Below the pieces are notes generated by a model that saw nothing but the letters and a program-made list of their open reading frames with translations, made no database searches and had not been told where the DNA came from. The position numbers and the translations under genes were made by a program. From Dictyostelium discoideum (taxonomy: Eukaryota), in NCBI GenBank assembly GCA_000004695.1, contig CM000150.2, forward strand, positions 64,001 through 128,000: 64,000 nt of DNA. The letters run 5' to 3'. This document shows positions 35,890-44,598 of the stretch, piece after piece. Numbering within the stretch: position 1 is the first letter of the stretch; each line of letters starts with the position of its first letter.

Positions 35890-36078
35890 CTACTGCTTGA
35901 TTACTTTGCTGATCTCCAGCGGCTGATAACGTTCGATAACTGGATTAACGAACACAGCAATGGAAGCTTCATCGGCTTTCTTAGTACCGTTGAATGCTTC
36001 GGTGCGCGCGGTATTTTCACGCTGGTCAAAATTGGAGTTAGCGGTAACGTTGTGACGAGATATCGATTCGTAGTTCAC
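35890..36078 (-). CDS. Small ORF of 62 aa, probably GTG-initiated, of unknown function.
   Basis: Supplied ORF sitting in a compact gene array. Weak support. Confidence 0.25.
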   Translation of the reverse strand: MNYESISRHNVTANSNFDQRENTARTEAFNGTKKADEASIAVFVNPVIERYQPLEISKVIKQ

Positions 36079-36129
36079 TTTCTAAGCTTTGACAATATCG
36101 CGTTTCTCGCCTAATGCATTATGTGCATG

Positions 36130-36761
36130 TACAGCAAAGAAAAATCCACATTTAAAGCAAATTTAAAGCAAAGTTGATTTAAATTGGATTTAAATTGAAT
36201 TTAAAGCCGGGTTTAAAAAATTCATTTTCAAGGTAATTTTTAAGATAATTTTAAGATATTTAAAAATGCCTTTAAAATTTATTTTAAAATAATTTTAAAG
36301 AGGATTTAAAGTTGATTTAAAGTAGATTTAAAGTGAATTAAAATTTCCTTTAAATATAAATTTAAGGTTTTTAATAAAAAACATCTAATTTTAGATCAAA
36401 AAAATGGGGATAAAATATTCTATCATTTTTAAATTATCATCAAAGCAATCAAATGGTGTAATGGTTGATGAGACTACCCTTTGATTGATGAGACTACCCT
36501 TTTGGTAAATTTTCAAAAATTTCAAAAAAAAATTTTATAAAATTTATCCGTTAAATAACGGCTTCGAACTCCGGACCTCGCTTTTAAAGCCATTAAAAAG
36601 CTAATTCCTAAGGTAATTATAAAGGTAATTTATAAGGTGGTTTTAAAGTAACCTTAAAAATTACCTTTAAAATTACCTTAAAAATTGCTTTTGTACAGGA
36701 CTTTAAATTCGCTTTAAATTAAATTTAAATTTGCTTTAAAGGTGGTTTTTCTTTCACTGTG
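36130..36761 (-). mobile_element. MITE-like TIR element copy. It has the opposite orientation to 23858-24605 and is inserted between G2 and G3.
   Basis: Its termini are TACAGCAAAGAAAAATCC… and …GGTGGTTTTTCTTTCACTGTG. The interior is colinear with the 23858 copy and includes the tRNA-like core at about 36440-36500. Confidence 0.7.
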
Positions 36762-37026
36762 TAGTGTATTCTTTGCCAGCTACGGTAATAAGCGTACTAG
36801 CGTTGGACAATATCACTTTAGCAAGGATATCTTCACGCACACGAATGATATCTTGTAAACCATGGTAGTTTTCTTTGATCGCATCAGAAACCGCCCCAAC
36901 GGAATCATTGAAACCAGCTTCTTGGGCGAATTCATCAGTACCGCGAGTTAGTGAAATAAGCATCAGACCGTTGGACATGGATTTAACCGTGGCCAATGTA
37001 CGGGTAATTGAAATCTTAGTAGCCAT
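36754..37026 (-). CDS. Small ORF of 90 aa (MATKISITRTLATVKS…). Its last codons run into the inserted TIR element.
   Basis: TATAAAGG and AGGAAA lie upstream of the ATG. With the insertion removed, the frame continues three codons to a TAA stop. Confidence 0.35.
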   Translation of the reverse strand: MATKISITRTLATVKSMSNGLMLISLTRGTDEFAQEAGFNDSVGAVSDAIKENYHGLQDIIRVREDILAKVILSNASTLITVAGKEYTTQ

Positions 37027-37157
37027 TATATTTCCTTTTCCTTTATACGTTATAGACAGAGTGCCGAACCCTGTTTTAGAGAACGGTAGAGGCTTTCACT
37101 CTTAGGCTTTCATCGATCCCCGTTCGTGACCGTTTAGCGATTTCTTTAGATCTTAAT

Positions 37158-37247
37158 TGGTAGAGAATTAGAGATTCGAACTCTAGGAGCGGTTTCCCGC
37201 CCGACGGTTTTTAAGACCGTTACCTTGAACCACTCGGACAATTCTCC
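37158..37247 (-). tRNA. Type-II tRNA-like gene, probably tRNA-Leu (anticodon UAA), with a long variable arm and an encoded 3' CCA.
   Basis: Hand fold. The acceptor is GGAGAAT/ATTCTCT and the anticodon stem is ACGGT/ACCGT with loop CTTAAAA. The variable hairpin is GCGG-GAAA-CCGC. The T-arm is TAGAG-TTCGAAT-CTCTA, followed by A and CCA. The D-arm pairing is imperfect. Confidence 0.5.
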
Positions 37248-37406
37248 AATTGGGTGACACCCATTAGAATTTCACGTAGCTCTATAGCTATTACAGTCAA
37301 TACTAACACTTCACAAAAAGGCCTGGTTAACCCCTACTGATTGAACTTAGGTTGTCTTAGAGTTCCTACCAGGAAAACTGCAACTGATATCATTGTTTGG
37401 TGATTA

Positions 37407-37439
37407 CAAAAAAGACCAGTGTTATTGGCTGGTCTTTTT
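37407..37439. terminator. Bidirectional intrinsic-terminator-like hairpin AAAAAAGACCAG-TGTTATTGG-CTGGTCTTTTT. A mirrored copy lies in the palindrome arm at about 37905-37940.
   Basis: An 8-bp stem flanked by an A-run and a T-run. Confidence 0.45.
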
Positions 37440-37611
37440 GAGTTATACGATACCGTTCTCTTTACGATAACGGAATATTTTTGATCTATCGATATTAAGC
37501 ATTTCTGCAATTACTTAATCGCTATTACCTCACCAAGCAGTTCGATAATCATGGCAATATGTTCTGGGTTAAGTTGTGTCTTTTGGCTTTTACTTAATGC
37601 TGATCTACCAA

Positions 37612-37739
37612 CACAGCGAAGAAAAAACCACCTTTAAATTCGCTTTAAATTAAATTTAAATTTGCTTTAAAGTCCCGAATTAAAGCAATTTTAAAGGTAA
37701 TTTTAAAGCGAATTTAAAGGTGGTTTTTTCTTCGCTGTG
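37612..37739. mobile_element. Centre of the palindrome. It is MITE left end nt 1-98, then the reverse complement of nt 31-1, joined at a TTTAAAG microhomology.
   Basis: CACAGCGAAGAAAAAACCACCTTTAAATTCG lies at 37612 and its reverse complement ends at 37739. Confidence 0.7.
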
Positions 37740-38016
37740 TTGGTAGATCAGCATTAAGTAAAAGCCAAAAGACACAACTTAACCCAGAACATATTGCCAT
37801 GATTATCGAACTGCTTGGTGAGGTAATAGCGATTAAGTAATTGCAGAAATGCTTAATATCGATAGATCAAAAATATTCCGTTATCGTAAAGAGAACGGTA
37901 TCGTATAACTCAAAAAGACCAGCCAATAACACTGGTCTTTTTTGTAATCACCAAACAATGATATCAGTTGCAGTTTTCCTGGTAGGAACTCTAAGACAAC
38001 CTAAGTTCAATCAGTA

Positions 38017-38644
38017 AAACACTAAAAATTACCTTTAAAATTACCTTTAAAATTACCTTTTTAATCGCTTTAAAAGCGAGGTCCTGAGTTCGAAGCCGTT
38101 ATTTAACGGATAAATTTTTTAAAATTTTTTTTTTTAATTTTTCAAAAATTACCAAAAGGGATTCGATCCCCCGACCCTCTATCAAAGGGTAGTCTCATCA
38201 ACCATTACACCATTTGATTGCTTTGATGAAAATTTAAAAATGATAGAATATTTTATCCCCATTTTTTTGTTCTAAAATTAGATCTTTTTTATTAAAAACC
38301 TTAAATTTATGTTTAAAGGAAATTTAAATTCACTTTAAATCTACTTTAAATCTACTTTAAATCCTATTTAAAATTAATTTAAAATAAATTTTAAAGGTAT
38401 TTTTAAATATCATAAAAATTATCTTAAAAATTACCTTAAAAATCACCTTTAAAATCACCTTTAAAATCACCTTTATAAATTTATTTTAAAGCAAATTTTA
38501 AAGGCATTTTTAAATATCTTAAAAATTACCTTAAAAATTACCTTAAAAATGAATTTTTTAAACGCGGCTTTAAATTCAATTTAAATCCAATTTAAATCAA
38601 CTTTTCTTTAAATTTGCTTTAAAGGTGCATTTTTCTTTGCTGTG
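38017..38644 (+). mobile_element. Remainder (about nt 100 to the end) of the same MITE copy, with a right terminus …TTTCTTTGCTGTG at 38644.
   Basis: Colinear with 23955-24605. Once the inverted-duplication insert is removed, the whole MITE is flanked by an AA target duplication (…CTACCAA| and |AAGAGATCC). Confidence 0.65.
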
Positions 38645-38693
38645 AAGAGATCCAGTTCTACCATTCTGGCGATGCTTGCTTGCCGATCAGTCA

Positions 38694-38808
38694 TTAACGA
38701 ATCTTCTTCAGTAACTGAGTACGAAGAATTGGATTAGCATCTCGCTTGGCTTTATCGGCCGCTGCAGTGCGTTTTGTACAGTTACCAAAATCAAAAGATT
38801 TACATGGC
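38694..38808 (-). CDS. Small ORF of 38 aa (MPCKSFDFGNCTKRTAAADKAKRDANPILRTQLLKKIR). It has a perfect RBS (GGAGG 7 nt upstream), and its stop overlaps the next start (TAATGA).
   Basis: Read directly. The downstream overlapping gene MTDRQASIARMVELDL… is interrupted by the MITE. Confidence 0.4.
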
Positions 38809-38851
38809 ATGACATCCCTCCATTGACTTAAAAGAAAAATAAGGGGATAAC

Positions 38852-39052
38852 ATGTGTTCTGGTCAAGCCATACCCTTAATGAGGGTGTTAATCTTCGTCA
38901 TAATAATTTTGATCTTTTGGAGTACTTGCATGCAGAGAGGTTATGGGGACCATCCCTACACATTATATCCGGTACTGTGTAAAACTTTACATATCAATAG
39001 ATCAAAAATAAGAGGATGTAGTACATCCCCTCTTTCAATTAAGGCAACATGA
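38852..39052 (+). CDS. Small hydrophobic ORF of 66 aa with an RBS (AAGGGG 5 nt upstream of the ATG).
   Basis: Supplied ORF. A hydrophobic stretch (LMRVLIFVIIILIFW) suggests a membrane peptide. Confidence 0.3.
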   Translation: MCSGQAIPLMRVLIFVIIILIFWSTCMQRGYGDHPYTLYPVLCKTLHINRSKIRGCSTSPLSIKAT

Positions 39053-39330
39053 CCCTAGTCAAGTAGCGCATTGTGTCACGTAATAGGGATACACGCCCGC
39101 GATTAAGATCAACAATACCGTAGTTCAAATGAATAGAATCGTTATATATACCTTCTGCGTTAAGCCTGAAGTTCAAACGCGAACGGAGCGTAGTATGAAC
39201 CTGACCTTCACTTCTGAAAATGTGTACTCGTTATCTAACGCCACATCAAAGGCAGGCCAACCTGTTAATGCTGTTGATCTTATCCCAATTACGTGAAACA
39301 ATGCGCTACTTGGCTAAGGTCATGGTGGCC
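39048..39330. repeat. Pair of imperfect inverted repeats of about 60-75 bp (39048-39125 and 39255-39330). They flank a core of about 130-190 bp that carries a 33-codon ORF with a GGAG RBS.
   Basis: The left repeat reads CATGACCCTAGTCAAGTAGCGCATTGTGTCACGTAATAGGGATA…AGATCAACAATACC. The right repeat is its reverse complement with a 14-bp indel. Confidence 0.5.
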
Positions 39331-39385
39331 AATACAACTCCACCTGTAAACCTTTCACCAACCACTTGTCATTGACTAATAACTA

Positions 39386-39707
39386 GTCAGTTTCGTTGTT
39401 CTTGACGTTGGGTGATACAGTAATACCTTCAGGTGTACCGAATGGAGCGACATTCACTTGGAAGTTAGATGGAAAATTGAATATTTTATTCAATTCGGAT
39501 ATCTCATCTTTCTTGAGGATACATTCTTATTTGACGAGTAAACCTTGATTGTTTACCATATGTTTGTACTGACCAAGTAAGGTATCGGATAATTGATAAT
39601 CGGTTGGAACATCGACATTGTTACTTGATTCATCTTCACTTTGTTCATTCTCAGTGTCAGAGTCATTATGAGAAGGTTGGCTACGTGAATTGGTATTAGA
39701 TGAGAAT
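39386..39707 (-). mobile_element. DIRS-1 ORF1 fragment of about 320 bp.
   Basis: Matches the region 14030-14330. Confidence 0.75.
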
Positions 39708-40222
39708 TAATAATTTAATTTATTAAATTACATTTATATTAAATATATATAAATATATTATGAATAAAATTTATTTATATTATCATATATATATATATAT
39801 TATGAATAACATTTATTTATTTGAATTTCCCAAATATTTAAGATAATTTTTTAGAATGTTCTAGAACATTCGAAGAATAAAAAATTTTCGAAAGAAAAGT
39901 AAAAATTTCGAACCGGCACAATGACGCGATCATTGCGCAAGGTCGAAAAACTGAAAAATTCCGAACCGACACTATGCACAAAGTTGTGAAGGGTCGAAAA
40001 CTCTTATTTTTTTGAGTTTTGCTAAATTTTTAAGAAAATAAAAACGTATAAATAGTGGCACTAAAAACTAAAACAATTTGATTTATTTTATTTGGGAATT
40101 CCTCCTATATATATTTAAGATACACACACACACAAATTTTATACAAATAATTATTTCTCTTTATTAATTTTTAATATTATTATTTTTTCTCATATTATAA
40201 TTTTAGATATCAACAATAAAAT

Positions 40223-41230
40223 ATGTCTACCACTGTTAATAATAATGATGCCTCTAGTAGTAGTACCTCTGCCTCTAATAGCGCTGAATCCTTTGATTTA
40301 AGAATGAAATCAATGGAGGATCAAATCAACAACCTTTCCTTAGCCTTTACAAGATTCATGAAAGAACCTATGTTCTCTTCTAATACCAACTCACGTAGCC
40401 AACCTTCTCATGATAACTCTGACACCGAGAATGAACAAAGTGAAGATGAATCAAGTAACAATGTCGATGTTCCAACCGATTATCAATTATCCGATACCTT
40501 ACTTGGTCAGTACAAACATATGGTAAACAATAAAGGTTTACTCGTCGAAGAAGAATGTATCCTCAAGAAAGATGAGATATCCGAATTGAATAAAGTATTC
40601 AACTTTCCATCTAACTTCCAAGTGAATGTCGCTCCATTCGGTACACCTGAAGGTATTACTGTATCATCCAACGTCAAGAACAATGATACTGATTTGTTGA
40701 TTGTCGAAAAGCGAATCAACGATAGCTTGAAACCTTTGCTTCTCATGTCAAGTATGTTATCATCTGATAGCTCTAATGTCGATGTAGAACTTATTAGTTA
40801 CTTAACTCAGAGTGCAATCGTCTTAGCCGTTAACGCTCAAGCATCGCTTAGTCGTGTCCGTCGTAACAACATCGCTAAAGAAATCTATGGTTCTGAAGTA
40901 CTCTTACCAATTAAGATCAAGGATACACCAAAGATGTTTGATGAAACTGAAACTGAACGTGTAAGAAAGCTAGCCAAGTCAATCAGAAAGAACAACGAAG
41001 CAAAACAATCATTGTTAAAATTGAATTATCATTCCAAGCCCAATGTCAAGAAATCAGTTAACTCAAGTGGTAATAACACTACAGGAAACAGTAGTAATAG
41101 TAAATCCAGTAGTGGGAGTAATGGCCGATCTAACAACTTCAATGGATCACCAAGTAATGTTGCATCAGGTAGCAACAATACCAAGTCTGCCAACGGTACC
41201 AACAACCGTTTTCAGAAGAACAAGAAGTAA
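40223..41230 (+). CDS. DIRS-1 ORF1 (Gag-like).
   Basis: Supplied ORF of 335 aa. Confidence 0.8.
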   Translation: MSTTVNNNDASSSSTSASNSAESFDLRMKSMEDQINNLSLAFTRFMKEPMFSSNTNSRSQPSHDNSDTENEQSEDESSNNVDVPTDYQLSDTLLGQYKHMVNNKGLLVEEECILKKDEISELNKVFNFPSNFQVNVAPFGTPEGITVSSNVKNNDTDLLIVEKRINDSLKPLLLMSSMLSSDSSNVDVELISYLTQSAIVLAVNAQASLSRVRRNNIAKEIYGSEVLLPIKIKDTPKMFDETETERVRKLAKSIRKNNEAKQSLLKLNYHSKPNVKKSVNSSGNNTTGNSSNSKSSSGSNGRSNNFNGSPSNVASGSNNTKSANGTNNRFQKNKK

Positions 41231-44144
41231 ACTTACCAGTAGGTGGACGTCTGTTCCACCACAAACAAGTTTGGAAAGAATTGGGTCTTCCAAACTTTTG
41301 TCAAGAGGTCGTAAATGGATTAAAAGTCCATCTACTTCCAAACTTCAAGCCGATGCCAAACCCAATTCCGATTTCAATTCCAGAGGGTCCAAAATCAGAT
41401 TGCATCACAAAGGAAGTACAAGACTTGTTATTAGACGATGCCATCGAACAAGTACTTCCAAACCGTTATTCAAAGCGCGTTTTTTACTCCAACGTGTTTA
41501 CGGTTCCAAAACCTGGAACGAATCTACATCGTCCAGTTCTCGATTTAAAAAGGTTAAACACTTACATCAACAACCAATCATTCAAGATGGAAGGAATCAA
41601 GAATCTACCATCAATGGTCAAACAAGGTTATTACATGGTAAAACTCGATATCAAGAAAGCTTACCTCCACGTTTTAGTAGATCCGCAATACAGAGACTTA
41701 TTTCGCTTCGTGTGGAAAGGTTCGCACTACCGTTGGAAAACAATGCCGTTCGGGTTATCGACAGCTCCTCGTATCTTTACAATGTTGTTAAGACCTGTAC
41801 TTCGAATGTTGAGAGATATCAACGTATCCGTCATCGCATACTTGGACGATCTATTAATCGTCGGTTCAACAAAAGAAGAATGTTTATCCAACCTCAAAAA
41901 GACAATGGACTTACTTGTCAAACTAGGTTTCAAGTTAAATCTAGAAAAGAGTGTTCTCGAACCAACTCAATCAATTACATTTCTCGGATTACAAATCGAT
42001 TCGGTATCAATGAAGCTTCTTGTTCCCAAAGAAAAGAAGAAAAGTGTCATCAAGGAAATAAGAAACTTTTTAAAACTAGATTGTTGCTCCCCAAGAAAGC
42101 TTGCTGGTTTAAAAGGAAAGCTAATCGCACTGAAAGATGCAGTCATCCCTTTCAGACTTTACACTCGTCGAACAAACAAGTTTCACTCTCAGTGTCTGAC
42201 TCTAGCCAATGGAGATTGGGATCAATCATTCCCCATTCCTCAAGAGGTCAAGTCAGAGATTTCACATTGGTTAACAGTTCTAAACCAATGGAATGGAAAA
42301 GAAATCAGTCTGTTTCCAAGTTACGACTATGTTCTTACAACCGATGCCTCGGAATCAGGTGCAGGTGCCACACTCAAGAAAGGAAACAAGGTAATCAAAA
42401 CTTGGTCATTCCAGTGGTCAACAACTCAATCAAACATGTCGTCAAATCGTCGAGAAATGCTCGCGCTGCTAATGGCCTATCAAGCGCTATGTCAGAAACT
42501 GAACAACTGCAAGCTGAAGATCCAAACCGACAATACTACCACTCTCTCATACATCAATCGCCAGGGTGGTCAGATACAAGATCTCTCAGTTCTGTTCGAA
42601 CAACTTTGGAAACAATGCCTCAAGAAGAAAGTGAACTTGATTGGAGAGCATATTCCAGGATTCTTCAATGTAAAAGCCGACCACCTCAGTCGTCTTTCAG
42701 AGATGAATCACAAATCATCGACCAGAGTAATCAAGAGTTACATCTGGCAACTGAAGAAGGAAGTGTTCAATCGCATCCAACTTCAATTCGGTCAAATACA
42801 GATGGATCTGTTCGCATCTCACCTCAACCATCAAACGAACAACTACTCAACAATAAGAATGAATGCACTCAACCTCGATTGGAGTCAATGGAAGCAATGT
42901 CTGGCCTTTCCACCACCCATTCTTTTGCCTTCTATCCTGGAGAAGATGAACTCATCCAGTTCGAAGAAGGTTTCTATAATACTGATCTTCCCAATCTGGA
43001 GATCAGCAACTTGGTATCCGATGATTCAAGCACAAGTTCCTCGTCATCATCGTCACATGTTTCCTCAAGTACTGGGAACATTCCAAGAAGTATTGACCAA
43101 ACAATCAGTAGAGTCGATACCAATCCAGATTCAACAACGTTGGAAGCTGGGGATTATTCAACTTTCCAATCTCATGTAATGTCCTTCGCTCGTACAACAA
43201 ATACAAAAACAGCTGAGCTGTTAATGAAGTCATGGGAACCTTCAACTCTCAAAGTATATAGCTCCAGTTATACAAGATTCCGCAATTTCTGTACTTTGAA
43301 CTCTTTGAATCCAGCAAACATTACCTTAGTTGTTTTCATGGATTATCTTACACATCTATTCAAACACAAACCTCCGTTAGCTTTCTCAACTATTAACGGT
43401 CATCGATCTATGTTGAATCAGTTGTTACTCCTTAGGAATCAAACTGATATTGTTAATGATCCATTCATTACAAGAATTATGACTGGTATTCACAAGTTGC
43501 GTCCTTCATCTGCAAAGTATAAAGAGATATGGGATGCAAATCAAGTATTCAAGCACTTATCTACTATCAAAGTCATCCCCAAGTACACATACACTGCGCT
43601 ATTAAACAAGACACTTGTACTCTGTAAAATGTTTGGTTTAGCAAGATCATCAGACTTGGTGAAGTGGTCGTTCAAAGGTCTCATTATTACTCCTGACTCA
43701 ATCAAAGGTCCCGTTATTAATGCTAAAGAACAAAGAAGTGGTATTGTTTCAATCTTAGAATTAACATCGTTAGATGATACTAACTCTCAAGTGTGCCCTG
43801 TTCGCCACCTTGCAACATACCTTAGAGCATCTAAAGGAAGAAGAAAGCCCCATTCGGGTGACTCTGTCTTTATTAAGAATGAAGGTGAACCGCTCCAAGT
43901 TAATGATATTAATTCAATTGTACTATCAACACTCTCAAAGTCAGGTATTGATATTGTCAAGTTCAAATCTCACTCTACCCGTTCCGCTATGGCTTCTCTG
44001 CTGTTGTCCAATAACGTTCCGTTCCACGTTGTCAAAAAGATGGGTCGTTGGAAATCAAACGATACTGTAGATACCTTCTACGATAAAAGAATCATTGGTG
44101 AAAAATCTGGTGGTTTCTTAAATACTGTCGTCCAAATTTCATAA
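41043..44144 (+). CDS. DIRS-1 ORF3 overlapping frame with the tyrosine recombinase at the C-terminal end.
   Basis: 1033-aa open frame with the conserved C-terminal recombinase region. Confidence 0.7.
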   Translation: MSRNQLTQVVITLQETVVIVNPVVGVMADLTTSMDHQVMLHQVATIPSLPTVPTTVFRRTRSKLTSRWTSVPPQTSLERIGSSKLLSRGRKWIKSPSTSKLQADAKPNSDFNSRGSKIRLHHKGSTRLVIRRCHRTSTSKPLFKARFLLQRVYGSKTWNESTSSSSRFKKVKHLHQQPIIQDGRNQESTINGQTRLLHGKTRYQESLPPRFSRSAIQRLISLRVERFALPLENNAVRVIDSSSYLYNVVKTCTSNVERYQRIRHRILGRSINRRFNKRRMFIQPQKDNGLTCQTRFQVKSRKECSRTNSINYISRITNRFGINEASCSQRKEEKCHQGNKKLFKTRLLLPKKACWFKRKANRTERCSHPFQTLHSSNKQVSLSVSDSSQWRLGSIIPHSSRGQVRDFTLVNSSKPMEWKRNQSVSKLRLCSYNRCLGIRCRCHTQERKQGNQNLVIPVVNNSIKHVVKSSRNARAANGLSSAMSETEQLQAEDPNRQYYHSLIHQSPGWSDTRSLSSVRTTLETMPQEESELDWRAYSRILQCKSRPPQSSFRDESQIIDQSNQELHLATEEGSVQSHPTSIRSNTDGSVRISPQPSNEQLLNNKNECTQPRLESMEAMSGLSTTHSFAFYPGEDELIQFEEGFYNTDLPNLEISNLVSDDSSTSSSSSSSHVSSSTGNIPRSIDQTISRVDTNPDSTTLEAGDYSTFQSHVMSFARTTNTKTAELLMKSWEPSTLKVYSSSYTRFRNFCTLNSLNPANITLVVFMDYLTHLFKHKPPLAFSTINGHRSMLNQLLLLRNQTDIVNDPFITRIMTGIHKLRPSSAKYKEIWDANQVFKHLSTIKVIPKYTYTALLNKTLVLCKMFGLARSSDLVKWSFKGLIITPDSIKGPVINAKEQRSGIVSILELTSLDDTNSQVCPVRHLATYLRASKGRRKPHSGDSVFIKNEGEPLQVNDINSIVLSTLSKSGIDIVKFKSHSTRSAMASLLLSNNVPFHVVKKMGRWKSNDTVDTFYDKRIIGEKSGGFLNTVVQIS
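41281..43179 (+). CDS. DIRS-1 ORF2 RT/RNase H.
   Basis: The YLDD motif is present in a 632-aa intact frame. Confidence 0.85.
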   Translation: MGLPNFCQEVVNGLKVHLLPNFKPMPNPIPISIPEGPKSDCITKEVQDLLLDDAIEQVLPNRYSKRVFYSNVFTVPKPGTNLHRPVLDLKRLNTYINNQSFKMEGIKNLPSMVKQGYYMVKLDIKKAYLHVLVDPQYRDLFRFVWKGSHYRWKTMPFGLSTAPRIFTMLLRPVLRMLRDINVSVIAYLDDLLIVGSTKEECLSNLKKTMDLLVKLGFKLNLEKSVLEPTQSITFLGLQIDSVSMKLLVPKEKKKSVIKEIRNFLKLDCCSPRKLAGLKGKLIALKDAVIPFRLYTRRTNKFHSQCLTLANGDWDQSFPIPQEVKSEISHWLTVLNQWNGKEISLFPSYDYVLTTDASESGAGATLKKGNKVIKTWSFQWSTTQSNMSSNRREMLALLMAYQALCQKLNNCKLKIQTDNTTTLSYINRQGGQIQDLSVLFEQLWKQCLKKKVNLIGEHIPGFFNVKADHLSRLSEMNHKSSTRVIKSYIWQLKKEVFNRIQLQFGQIQMDLFASHLNHQTNNYSTIRMNALNLDWSQWKQCLAFPPPILLPSILEKMNSSSSKKVSIILIFPIWRSATWYPMIQAQVPRHHRHMFPQVLGTFQEVLTKQSVESIPIQIQQRWKLGIIQLSNLM

Positions 44145-44598
44145 TATATATATATATATGATAATATAAATTAAAAATTTAATTTATTAAATTATATTTT
44201 ATATTAAATATATATATATATATTAGTCCCATCCCACCCGCCCTTAGTCGGAATTCCATAAATCAAATTGTTTTAGTTTTTAGTGCCACTATTTATACGT
44301 TTTTATTTTCTTAAAAATTTAGCAAAACTCAAAAAAATAAGAGTTTTCGACCCTTCACAACTTTGTGCATAGTGTCGGTTCGGAATTTTTCAGTTTTTCG
44401 ACCTTGCGCAATGATCGCGTCATTGTGCCGGTTCGAAATTTTTACTTTTCTTTCGAAAATTTTTTATTCTTCGAATGTTCTAGAACATTCTAAAAAATTA
44501 TCTTAAATATTTGGGAAATTCAAATAAATAAATGTTATTCATAATATATATATATATATTTAATATAAAATATAATTTAATAAATTAAATTTTTAATT

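Larger units (their letters stand above)
34616..36129. other. GC-richer prokaryote/phage-like segment G2. It is contiguous with G3 and G4 once the TIR-element insertions are removed, and is paralogous to G5.
   Basis: 34895-35640 is about 90% identical to 61925-62660. It has compact minus-strand genes with SD sequences and an intrinsic-terminator hairpin. Confidence 0.55.
37335..38016. repeat. Perfect palindrome. Arms are 277 bp (37335-37611 and 37740-38016) around a 128-bp centre.
   Basis: Arm 2 is the exact reverse complement of arm 1 as checked by eye. The arms are G3 sequence, including a truncated small-ORF pseudogene and the terminator. Confidence 0.8.
38645..39385. other. GC-richer prokaryote/phage-like segment G4.
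   Basis: Contains SD-preceded small genes on both strands, an inverted-repeat-flanked segment and hairpins. Confidence 0.5.
39708..44598 (+). mobile_element. DIRS-1 copy D, full-length, with all three ORFs intact.
   Basis: The left ITR is about 39790-40100 and the right ITR about 44240-44560. ORF1 is 40223-41230, ORF2 is 41281-43179 and ORF3 is 41043-44144. Confidence 0.9.

Noticed and set aside
37026-37050. T4 late-promoter-like TATAAA(GG) upstream of the 90-aa ORF
   Set aside because: It is a single near-match in AT-containing sequence and is not sufficient evidence on its own.
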